Part shown: piece after piece, positions 46,401 through 57,574 of the stretch
Position numbering within the stretch: the first letter of the stretch is position 1
Layout: every line of letters begins with the position of its first letter
DNA from: Fonticula alba ATCC 38817
Taxonomy: Eukaryota; Protista; Nucleariida
Direction: 5' to 3' (one strand)
Length of the DNA stretch: 64,000 bases
Assembly (NCBI GenBank): GCA_000388065.2
Contig: KB932208.1
Made by a program: the position numbers and the translations under genes
The notes under the pieces: model-generated
Told to the model about the DNA's origin: nothing
What the model saw: only the letters and a program-made list of their open reading frames with translations
Database searches by the model: none

Positions 46401-47234
46401 GGTGGTCTGCTCATGGAGTGCGATGACCCTGAGAACCCCGGCAACAAGCTGAACCTCTGCTCGGAGGCCGGCCAGTGCCCGCCTCTCACCGCTTGCGGCA
46501 CCAACGAGAAGGGCGAGACCATCCCGGTGGACATTTGCGGTCGCTGCCCGGTCGGCACCGGCTCCAAGGACAAGGACCATCCCCTCTACGGCTACCTGGA
46601 TGATTGCGACCTTTGCTGCGACACCCACGACCCGAAGGACCTCGAGGCCAACCCCACCTGGGTGGTTTGCAACTCGTCTGTCAGCCCCTGCGGCAACTGC
46701 CACGTTCGTGAGTACCATGACCAGTGCGGCAACTGCCTGGATGTGCCCTTCGGCATTGCCCCGGGTGACACCACCACCCCCCTGCCGAATGACCCGTCCT
46801 GCGTGGCCGGCTGCGATGGCAAGTTCCCCCCTGCTGGCACCCCGCCGGAGGATCTCCCCCGCACCAACGAGTGCAATGTCTGCACTGTGGCCGACTCCGA
46901 TGAGGATAAGCTCTGTGTGACCGATTGCAACGGTGGCCACTACCATAGCGTCAACGGCAAGCCCAGCTTCATCATTGACAGCTGTGACCAGTGCGTCCGC
47001 CCGGAGGATGCCTGCTCCACTCTCGGCACCGGTGCCATCGTCGGTATCGCCATTGGTGCGGTTGCCGCTGTGGCCCTGGTGGCTGTGGCTGCCATCTTCG
47101 CCGTCAAGTACGCCCAGGCCAACGGTCTGTTCGGCCTCAACAAGCCGGCTGCCGACATGTCCTCTGGCAGCAATGCCAACCCCCTGTTCGCCGGTCAGAC
47201 CCAGACCGCCAGCAACCCTCTCTTCGTTGATTAA
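43478..47234 (+). CDS. Type I membrane receptor: signal peptide, vWA (MIDAS) domain, Cys-rich repeats, TM helix and tandem NPxF tail (integrin-beta/SibA-like). Model join(43478..44554,44748..47234)
   Basis: Signal peptide MKFPRWATLWAVLMAIFAIGLLAPTTSA. vWA motifs VDFVFVYDFSGSM, GGYEPGLMAL and FRDGARRVFVLFTDEDSD. About 18 [DN]xCxxC motifs. TM GAIVGIAIGAVAAVALVAVAAIFAVK. Tail NPLFAGQTQTASNPLFVD*. One phase-0 intron GTATGT(44555)..TAG(44747). Strong C-ending codon bias. Confidence 0.85.
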
Positions 47235-48714
47235 GTAGAGAGTGCAATGTATCTCTCCCTTCTCTCTCCTCTCCCCCCTGGTGAGAATAGGCGGGTATGA
47301 AGGCAGCAGCCAGGATCAGGGGGGCGGTCGCGACACGCACGCATGCACGCGCCGCGCGCCCACACATACTGTGTGTGTGTGCGTGGTGGTGCTGGTGATG
47401 GTGTGCCCTCTTCTCTCTCCCTCTCCTTCCTCTCCCCCTCCCTCCCTCCCTCCTTCTTTTCGCGGTGTCCTTCCCTCCCCTCGTCGCTCTCCTGGCGCGT
47501 ACGGGGGGGGGGGGCCAGGTGCTCGCGGAGAGGATGGATGGGACGGGGGGGCGCCCTGGGCGTGAGGCCGAAGGCGCGAGAGAGTCTCCCTTGTGCGCGT
47601 GTGTGTGCACAATATGCCACCTGCGTGCCAGTCCATGCGCATGTGTGTCTATCCACACGCAAATCCCCCTCCTCCCTCTCCCCTCACACGCCCCTTTGTG
47701 TGTGTGTGTGTGTGTGAGTGTGCCCCCCTTTTCCTCTGTCCTTCCCTCTTCACTCACTCAACAATGCTGTAGCCTACTATGCTGTTTGTGTTTCTTCCTG
47801 TCGCTCCTTTTGCTTTTCTTATGGGAACTTGCGCGCGGGGTGAGAGGGGGCGGAGGGCGCGGGGGGCGTGGCCGTGTGGGTGTTCCTCGTGGTTCTTTTT
47901 CTTTCCGGATGGCGTGCAATCATATGTATGCAGCCTCCTCCCTCTTTCGGCCCCTACTCGTCTCCATCTTTTTTCCCCCAGCCGGGGGGAGTGGGGGATA
48001 GCCACGCGTCCGCGATGCTCGGCCTGCGCCGGCTCCTGCCCGAGGGGGGGAACCGTGACATCGCCCTCCTTTGGCCATGATTACGTATGCCTGTGTGTTT
48101 GGAGCGAAGGCGCGGGGGACGTGCGCTGTATTGGAATGGACGGGGGAAACCTGACGCGGCTGCATGCACACGAAGCGCATGCAGCCGCCATTTGAAAGGT
48201 ATTGTGCTGCTTTGCCCCCTCCGCACCTCGCCCCTTTGGGCGCGTGGCATCTTCTCCTGATGCCGGACCTCCATAGGCACACTCCCTCTCTCTATTCCAT
48301 GCCCACTTGGGGAATGAATTGTCCCTTTCGCGTGGCTGTCCCTCCTGAACCGATCTGAGCAAGGGCGGTTGAGCGAGGAAATGGAGTGGGCATAGGGAGA
48401 GGCAGAGAGAGGGCGCAAGAAAACCCACCCCCGGAGGGAATGGCCTCCTCGACCGTGTGACGGGGTGCTGTGGAAGCTCCCCCTGGCTCCGGCTAGGCTA
48501 TCCACATCCCCCGGACATGCACATGAAGACCACGGACAATGGGAGAGTGATCTGACGGCGAGATTGCCGACAGGCTCCTCCCTGGAGATGGATGTGTACT
48601 GATGGCGCTGGAGGGCACCACGTGCCGGTGGTTTCAAGTGACGCTGCGGGGGGGGGGGGGTAGCGCAGGCAAAGGGATAGGGGATTGAGGAAGCCATGCT
48701 CGTCACTTTCTTAG

Positions 48715-48715
<1 letters not shown>

Positions 48716-48750
<35 letters not shown>
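48716..48750 (+). repeat. (GA)n microsatellite
   Basis: Directly visible GA repeat downstream of the M28 gene; similar tracts at about 36080-36105 and 50839-50880. Confidence 0.85.
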
Positions 48751-48754
<4 letters not shown>

Positions 48755-49127
48755 GCTTGCGGCTTTCGCACCGAGGCCCTGTGCGTTTCCCGGATTCCGT
48801 CGACTTGCTGGATGACAGGAAAAAAAGCAAATACACACACACGCATGACATATCGCAGATCAGTCCCACAGTCGAAAGAGGAATCCATCCCCCCCCCCAC
48901 CCACCACCTCCGACCGACGAGCCTCCCCACGATACGGAGACAGAAAGGGAAACGGAAGAAAGGAACGCATGCTGACAGTGGCGGGAATCAGAAGGAAAGA
49001 GAGAGAGAGAGAGAGGGAGGGAGGGTCCCGAGTGACAGTCTCTGTGTAGTGCATACAAGGGCAGGGGGGGGGGAGAGAGAGAGCACAGAGGAGAGAAAGG
49101 AGAGGCCAAGACACTGACCACTACACC

Positions 49128-50525
49128 TTAAGGGAAGGACATCTCGACGGCGAAGGCGAGGCCGAGCTTGACGAACTCCTTGGCGTAGTTGAGGTCGATG
49201 TTGTCGACGGTGTCGTTGACAGTGTGGATGAAGGGGCTGTGCTTGCCGAAGGGGGCCTCGAAGGTGAAGATCGAGCGGTAGCCGAAGTTGTTCCAGGAGG
49301 CGTGGTCAGAGCAGCCGTAACCGCAGAGGCTGTCCTCGTAGGTGATGAGGAGGTACTCGTCGATGAGCTTGGCCAGGAAGTCGCCGAGATCCGGGTCGGT
49401 GTAGTCGCGAATGAGGCCGATCTTGCCGTAGCCCGAGTAGCCGGTCATATCGTACTGGGACATGCCACGGACAATGGTGCCCTTCTCGTAGTAAGCCTTA
49501 GCCACACCAGCGGAACCAAGCAGACCAACCTCCTCGGCGGCGTAGAAGTGGAACTCCAGGGTCAGGTAGGGGCGGAACTGGTGGTCGACCAGGATGCGGA
49601 CGATCTCCAGGAGGGTCATGGTGCCGGAGCCATCATCATCAGCACCCGGGGCGCGGCCGGTGGCCGGGGAGGCGGTGTTGATGGAGTCGAGGTGAGAGCC
49701 GAGGATGACGATGTCCTTGTCGCGCTTGCTGGTGCCGTTGAAGCGGACAATGATGGAGGGCTGAGCGAAGCGGTGCTCGAAGGTCTCCACCTCGACATAG
49801 GGGAGGGTGCCGTTCTGGGTGGCGGCGTTGATCTCCTCCAGAAGCCACATGGTGGACTCGACACCGGAGGGGCTCTCATAGTAGCTGGGAGGGGAGGGGG
49901 GGGGAGGGGAGTCAGCTTGCAGTGGGGAAGGGGGGAACGAGCAGGCAGGCCAGGGCAGCCCCCTCGCAAGGGGGGAGAGGGAGAGAGCGCGCGCGCGAAA
50001 AAAAAAAAGGGGGACCACACGCACCGAGTGTGGAAGGAGGTGAAGGTGGTCAGCTTCTGCAGGTAGCGGTGCATGTCGATGCTCTGGTGGAGCTCGACCA
50101 CCTCGGCCTGGTACTCCAGGGAGGTGGGGATCGGCATGGCGGCCTGGGGGGTGGGGACCACGGCGCCGGTGGCGTACTCCTCGATGTCGGAGATATCACG
50201 GAAGTGGACATCACGACGGATGAGGTCGAACACCTGGGACTCGGTCATCCACTGGCGCTCGGTGTCGCTAGTGGCAATGAGGCGGGCACCGGGGGCCGGC
50301 TGTGGTGGGTGTAGGGGAGGAGAGAGGAGGGGGGGGTGAGTGACAAGGCAAATGTGCGACCAGACAGATGTGCGACCGGGTAGATGTGCGACCGGGCAGA
50401 TGACGAGGCAGGCAATCCAGGAAGAAGAGGGGGGGGGGGGGGGGACGAACAGCAGTGGTGGCCGAGGCCACGGAGGAGATGGACAGGAGTGCGGCAAGGC
50501 CGACGGAAAGCAGCTTGCCCAGCAT
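49128..50525 (-). CDS. Secreted M28-family leucine aminopeptidase (LAP1/Vibrio AP-like). Model complement(join(49128..49884,50025..50299,50451..50525))
   Basis: Signal peptide MLGKLLSVGLAALLSISSVASA and propeptide QWMTESQVFDL..HFRDIS. Zn-binding motifs GSHLDSIN, PGADDDGSG, AAEEVGLLGS, QYDMTGY, YGCSDHASW, PFIHTVND. Intron phases 0 and 2 are consistent. Confidence 0.92.
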
Positions 50526-50834
50526 GATTCCAAAATACACGGTACGCGAAAGGCTACTCTGAAGGGCAGAAAGTCGGGAACAATGTATCGGAGGGGATGA
50601 GCAAACGTCGGGCCGGAGTGGCCGCCGCGGGGGGGGCTCTTCTCGCTGGGCCGTCCTGCCCCCCCCTCCCTCGGCCCACCTACACACACACATGCACACG
50701 CACACCAGGGCCGCGGGACACGACCACCCGGAAGCCGGTGTGCCCAGAGAGGGGGAGGGAGGAGGCATGCACCAGCACAAGCTTGGGGCGCCAGGTATCT
50801 TAGCGACAAGGCAAGAAGCCGAGGGAGTGAGAGC

Positions 50835-50884
<50 letters not shown>

Positions 50885-53800
50885 CACACACACATCCAGG
50901 AGGTGGCCCCGGTCCAGCCGCGCTAGGTGCCAGACGCATATCGGGCTCGGGCGAGGGAGGGGCGCAGCGCAGGAGGCGCAGGGCAGACCCGCTCACGGCC
51001 CGCTTGTCTCTCTCACACCGCGCGCGCCAGGAGCGCAAATGCGGGTCGATATTTCCCGGACATCTCTCTCCTGCTCCGGCCCCGGGCATGTGGAGATGCA
51101 CACCCCCATCCCTGGGCCGTTGAATTCCCCCATACCACTGCCCTGCCTCCGCCCCCTCTTCCGCGCTGCGCACCAGCGCCGGGGCAGTGAGACAATATGG
51201 GGGAGTGAGAGAGGAGGAAAGTGGGAAAGACCATGCCTCCCCCCACCCCCCTACCCCCGCCCCCAGCCTCCACCTGCGCAGGTCCGCGCAGCCTTGTGAC
51301 CGCCCACGCCAGGGAGGATGGCTCCGGGGTGAATACTCCCGCGCTGGGCGGGGCGTCGGCGGGGGAGAGAGGGGGGAGATCACTCGGCGCCAGGAAGACC
51401 CGTTTAAAAAAGCCCCAGCCCCGATGAGCGAGACACGCCCGGGGAGAATGGCTGGCGGGCGGGAGGCCGGGGGGGGGGGTCACGCGCGCTCGCATGCCCT
51501 GGCCCGCTGTCCGGGGCGCGTGGGTGGGGCGTTGAGCAGGCCTGGCGCCGGGTGGTGCCCGGCCCACGGTGTTGCCAGAAAGGACGCGGGTCGGGGGAGA
51601 GCAGTCCCTCCAGATCGTCGCCTGGAGAGAAGAGCACCAGGCTCACCCCCCCCCCCCCCCCTGTGCGCGCCCCCGTCCGGTGTGGCCCCAAGGCCGGCCC
51701 CCTTCCTCCGGTGTGGCACGACGAAGCCCCTCCCCCCCCTCCCCGCCGATGCTCCTCGGGGAAATAGACCCGCGCGAGTGTCGTCTTTGTTGGGACACAT
51801 GAAGATATGCGACCAGCGGAGCCGGCGGGACGATGCTGCCGGGGGCGAGGGGCGCGCGGGGGCCTCGAAACGCTCGAGGAGGCACTCAAATCCCGGGCGC
51901 GCTCCAGGCCAGGCGCCGCCTATCACACAATCGCCGGGCGGCGACGGGAGGCCGGTGAGGAGGGGCCCGGGGACAAAGGCTGGAATATGCCACGACGTGC
52001 TGGGCGGGAAAAACCGCGGCGCTCCCGGCCAGGGCGCCGGAGTGGCGGCCCTACACACACACACACACACACACATGACCGGACCGCCGCCAAGGGTGCG
52101 GGGGGGGGGGGGGAGGTCTTTCCCCAGCCCCACAGGCTCGAAGGGCGGGCCGGGCGGATGGACACCATAACAATCCAGGCTGGGGGGCGGATGAGATGCA
52201 ATCGAAAACAAAAACATCGGCCCTCGCCAGGTGTCCACGATGTCGTGCGCCCGCCTCCTGAGTCCGAGAAGCGTCGTCAGTTCGCGGACAGGATTCCCGG
52301 GCCGTGGATTCGCCCGGGCCTCGCACCGGAACGCGCCGGGGGGGGGGGTATGGCGGCCCTTCTGCCCGCCCGCCTCTCTTCCGGACCGCGGCGCTTTGTC
52401 CCGCGTTGCTTAGCACACGTCTGCAAAAGGGAGTAACGCGCGCACCGGTCACCCGGGGGCGGGGGGGGGGGGAAGACCCACCGGAGTGGGGATGGAGTGC
52501 GGCATGAAATGCCCCAGGCCTGATGATCCGTCGTAGAGTGGAGAGGGCGTCGAATGCTCGGTCTCCCCCCCCCCCCCCCGGCCCCCCCTGCTGCAACAAC
52601 AGACACTCGCCCCAGGCCGGAGGGCCCGCACCCGGGCTGAGGGGCTGCGATCTGGCAGGAAGGGCCACTGTTGGACATCAACACGCCGCCTGCCAAGCCG
52701 TGGGCTACACCGAACCGCGTCAGCCGGTCGGGGGCGTTCTACCTTTTCAGTCGCGCCATTTTTAAGGCGGCGATCCAGAACCACCGGAACGGGGTCCGCG
52801 TTCGGCAACCCGGGGGGGGGGGATTCGGCGCGATCAGCCCGTCCGGCGGGGCGGGCCCGGGGGGGGGGGGGGGCTGCCCCGGCGGCCCGGGGGGGGGGGG
52901 GGGGGGGGGGGGGGCGGCCAGCCGCAAGGAAAAAAGCAAGCCGGCCGGCGCTCCCCCGGGACGAGGGGGAAATCTTTCCCCCGACGCACGGCAGCTGCCA
53001 CTGTTGAATGACCCTTTCCACGAAGGAAGAGGCTGGCTTCAAGACGCGACACAATTCCGGCCAGCCCTCTCGGCCAACCAGGCCCCGAGACAAGCCACGC
53101 AGATCCGACGGCAAAAGAAACACCATAAGTGGGATGATGTTTCGAATGGCATTTCGAGATTTGCACGGGCGTGGGTGTGATTTGTGCCGGTGATCTCGTC
53201 GGGTGATCGGTCGCGCCTCGGAGATCGCCTGGTCTCCATCATGGCCCCGTTTCCGGCGCGGCCTCCCCCCTCACTCTGGGGATGGGAGAAGTTTGCAGGT
53301 CCCAGCCCGGGAGAGAGGTCGGCGGCCTCGTTCAAGAGACCCTCGGACCGAGGCGCATGTTGCGGCAGGCTCAGGGTTTGGACTTGAAGCTATCCACAAT
53401 GAAGGGGCGCCGCCTAGGCGCCGGGTGACCAGGCAAAGAGGGGAACCAGGCGCTCGACCCAATCATCCCCTCCCCCCCCCGCAGAGAACGCCCGGGAGTA
53501 TGGTCGCCGGGCGGGGGCCATAATGTCAGGACAGCAGCCAAGGGAAAGGGCGACCCCCGCCCTCCCCCCGCCCCCGGCTGGAAACCGCCCGCCGGGACAG
53601 GGGGGACCAAAAAAAGGAAGAAAAAATAATGCCACACATCATGGCCCACCGGGAGAACGAAGCAATACAGGGGTGGACGGGCCTCTTCCCTTCATGTTGG
53701 ACCTGCGCCCCCCCCCCTCAGAAAACGGGCGAGAAGGGAGAAAACAGCCGCGGGACGGGGCGTCGCCAGCGACCGGGGGTTTTCCCACTGCTCCGCGGAG

Positions 53801-55259
53801 AGTGGGCATGTCCCACCGCTTCTGCAGCTTTTCGAGCGGCCAGCGGCGTGTCTTGTTGCGGGCCCTGGTGTGCGGCTCTGGCTGGCGAGCGGTGTGTTCC
53901 CTGGGAAGGCAGGAGCCGTTGGCCGAGGATCCCCTCCCCTCAGAGAGGGGATGCCAGGGGGGCCGGGGCGGGGGCTGAGTCCTTGGATGCCTCGAGCGAA
54001 TTCTCGGTCGCCCGCTTCCCCCCCTCTCCGGACCCGGGGAGGGCGGGGGGGGGGGGCAACAAGACCGCGTCGGCGGTGTCCGGAGTGGCAAGAGGGAGAG
54101 AGGGGCCAGGTCACGTCCGTTCCAGAGGGTCTGGAGCCTGGCTGCGGGCGCGGCCCGCCTTCCCTCTTCCCTCTCCCCCCCGTCGAGCGGACCCCATCGT
54201 CGATGGCGCGGAGGCGGTGCCGGCCGGCCGGCCGCCGTTCAGGCCGTCCCCTCGGCAGTGGGATGATGCAGCGTTTGGTCGATCCTCGCGGCGGCACCCG
54301 GGCTCTTGCGCGTCCTCCTGCGGCTGAGGCCGTGAGTCGCCCTCGGCGGCCACGCGAGGCCTTTTTTTGCCACTCTCCCGCCGCCCTATTGCCGCATGAT
54401 GGGGCCTCAATCTTGTTGGCTGGATTATCACCCTTTCGATTTTTCACCACAAAGTCAAGGTTCGACCAGGAACCTTCTCTTCCTCTCCTGCCCCTCTCCC
54501 CTTCTTGCCTTCTGCTCCCTCCTCCTCCTCCTCCGCCTCCTCTTCTCGCGTTCTCCCTTTCCTGTGGCCCTCTTCCTGCTCGCTTGCCCCTCGGTCTTCG
54601 GCGTCTCCTGCGCACGTCTCCCGCATTCCTGCCCTCTGTCCCTCCGGCTGCGTGTATCTGGCCGGCCTGTGCCCCTTGTCGAGCAGCATGTCGCGTGTCG
54701 GCTTTTCGTGCTGCTGCTGCTGCTGCTGCTGCTTCTCCCCCGGGGGCATCCCAGGGGTGTGCTGACTCGGCGTGCCGTCGACATATTGGGTGCTTCCAGT
54801 GACCCTGGCCTTCCTCTCCCCTGTCGGCGGAAACCACGGTTGTTGGTCGGGCCCGTTGTGTGTTGCATGCGCCCGTCTGTCAGCGGCAGACTGCCGTGCG
54901 TCTCCCCGTCCGGTCAGCCCCTCTCTCTCTCTCTCTCTCTCGTTCCGGGTCTTGGTGTGGCCATGGCGGCTGCGCTCTGCTCCACCTCGCATGTAGGTGG
55001 GGTGGACGGACGGACGGACAGACGGATGGGCGGGCGGACGGACGGGGGACTGTCCATGATACACGCGCCTACAGGAAGAGCGCAGGCATCCGAGGTCGCG
55101 CAGGGAAACCGCGAGGATCTTCCATTTTAACCACCCCCTTTTTCGGATACAATGTGCATCCGACGGCACACACCCACCCACCCACCCATGTCCTAACCTT
55201 GGCCCTTTCTTTTGTTTGTCCGGCTTCCCCTTCCTCCCGCTCGCTTTTCCCTTCCACAG

Positions 55260-55931
55260 ATGGCCAAGTCGAAGAACCATACCTCTAAGAACCAGAGTAC
55301 GCCCTCCTCGCCTCTTTCCTTCAAGGCGCCATTTCTCGACGCACTCGTATCCTCGCCTGCTGCCTGTTTGTATGTTGTCGCCATTTTGACCGTGTGTCCG
55401 TCCCCTCCCTCTCCGCGCTCCTCCTCCCAGGCCGCAAGGCCCACCGCAACGGTATTAAGAAGCCCAAGAAGGAGCGCTACATCTCCAAGAAGGGTGTACG
55501 TACTCGTCTGTCATTCGCGTGGGTTTTCCCTGCTCCTCGGGCGCGCAATGTGTGTGGGTCGGGGTGTCGTCTCCGGGGGCTCGGGGCCTGTGCCGTTTCT
55601 CCTCTCTCTTTCTCCCTCTTTGGCCCCCCTGTCTTGTGCAGGGGGACGCCAGCAGCGGAGACATGGACGACGGGATCGGGGCTGGCCGCAACCCCCTCGC
55701 ACAGACGCGCCCATGCTCCGCTCATCGCCGCCGTTTTTTTCCCCTCGCCGCGCTCTCGCGCACACGGCTATCGTCTTTTTTGGGCATCCCCTGACCCACT
55801 TTCTCCTCGCCCTTCCCTCCCCCCCCCCGATCCGCGCGCAGGTCTGCACCAAGTTCCTCCTGAACCAGCGCTACGCTCTCCAGGGCACCTTCCGCGCCGT
55901 GAACCCCGAGCGCTTCCAGAAGAAGGACTAA
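55260..55931 (+). CDS. RPL29: 60S ribosomal protein eL29. Model join(55260..55296,55431..55495,55842..55931)
   Basis: Spliced product [84 protein letters not shown] is the eL29 signature. Confidence 0.95.
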   Translation: [223 protein letters not shown]

Positions 55932-56911
55932 GCTCCTTGATCTCTTGGTCTATGTGTCTCTCTTTCCCCATATATACACACCTGTGAGCACTTCCACATC
56001 CGTCTTCTCTCCCCCCGTATGTTCCCCCCCGCGGCGGGAGGACGGTGCGCGTGTAGGATTTGCCATCCACGCAGTGCGAATGTATATGGCAATGATATAA
56101 CATGGGTATTTCCATTCCCCCTCCTCCTTGTCTGTTTCTCTGGGTTCGCCTTTTTTTGGCGGGGGGGTCGTTTTTTTTTTACTACACGCGCGCCGCGTAT
56201 GATGCTCTCTCGTTCTCCTTCGGGCGCCCGAGGCGCGAGAGAGCGAGAGAGGGGTGTGGTAGCCATGATTTCCCGATTGCGCGCGGATGTCATGTGGAGA
56301 GGCGCCCGCGAGAGAGGGGGCGGGGAAAAAGGGGACCCAGGTTTGTGCACGCTCGAAGCGCCGAGGCCAGTCGTATGTGCGGCAGGCGGCGGCGTTTCCA
56401 CGCCCGCTCGTGTGGCGGGCGCGCCTGGCTCGAGGCGAGCAGGCGCACATTCATGACACGGCTCCCGTCTCGGCGCCGCGAAATCCTCACGGGGGCATCT
56501 GCAGGAGGCGAGGCGGAGCGGGGGCCAGCCTGGCTTTTTGCCCCGGTCTTGGCACAGGGGTGTGCGCTTTTTCCTGGGCCCTGCCTCCTTGCATCCTCAG
56601 TCGCGATGGGGGTGTTGTGGGCTTGCCGCGGCAGGCCCGTGTGCTGTGTGCACCATGTCCGCCTCTTCCGGCGCCCCCATCTGCCGTGATTGGTCGCTCG
56701 ATGCCGCCCGGCCGCAACCCTCCAAATGGTTCTCTTGTGCAAAGTGCCACTGAGCGAACCGGAGTGGCCGGCCAGGGCGAACGCCCTTCGAAAAGATGAA
56801 AGAAAGAGTCTACCACTGCCGGGGCTAACACCCGGCCTTCGACCGCGAAGGAAATGCCAACCCAAGGCCGGGGATTCGGCGGGAGCTATGGGATGCTCAA
56901 GTTGCAGATTT

Positions 56912-57504
56912 CTATTTGACTGGGGGAGATCCCAGATCGGAGGGAGGAGAGAGGACATGGGGGGGGATAGAGAGGCCACACATGTGTCATCGGGGACAGA
57001 GGAGAGGGTCAGTGGATTGGGTGTGGAAAGTCGATCCCGGAGGCGGCGGCATGTGGGCGTGCGTGTGCGCATTTTTGCCCCCGAGGAAAAGGGGACGAGG
57101 TGGAGGGGCGGGACACGTACGGGTGGCCTTGCCCAGGTATGAGGCAGTGACTACGGGCTCGGGCCGGGCGGCGAAGACAAGCTTCTCCTTGAGGATCGCC
57201 ACCACCGAGTAGGCGACGCCCTGGGCCTGGCTGTCGGTGGAATCGGTGTCCCCGGACGGGCGATCAGCCGGTGAACGTGTCCAGGGGTCGAGTTCTGGGT
57301 TTGCTGGCGATCCTCTTTGCCCTGGGCGACCCTTCTTCAGGACGACCAGGGGCTTTTTCAGTGGGGCAACCTTCCCACGAAGGCGGTGTCGCCCAATGGT
57401 CAGGACATAGGCTCCCTATTTGTCATGTGCGTGTGTATGAGGGCACGCATGCATGCGTAGACGGGGGCACATGTGCGTGTGAGGAAACGAGCAGCTATGG
57501 CAGG

Positions 57505-57574
<70 letters not shown>

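Noticed and set aside
44583-46946. Long antisense ORFs (787 aa here; also 7708..9489 +, 9264..10601 +, 13633..14973 -, 43307..44554 -, 49224..50066 +, 59243..60625 +)
   Set aside because: These are in-register shadows of real high-GC genes on the opposite strand, with no recognisable motifs.
13575-47234. Possible functional cluster of adhesion/cytoskeleton genes (SETD3-like, formin, integrin-beta-like, transcription factors)
   Set aside because: The genes are interspersed with housekeeping genes over more than 30 kb with no shared regulatory signal visible; this is not supportable without synteny or co-expression data.
55496-55841. Long RPL29 intron 2 as a possible snoRNA host
   Set aside because: I found no RUGAUGA/CUGA box pair or convincing H/ACA arrangement by eye; an Infernal/snoscan run would be needed.
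56690-56911. Purine-rich, stem-prone segment between RPL29 and CTF8 considered as RNase P/MRP, snRNA or telomerase RNA
   Set aside because: It lacks the conserved P4 (CR-I/CR-V) motifs, a clear Sm site and a telomere template; it is more simply convergent 3' UTR.
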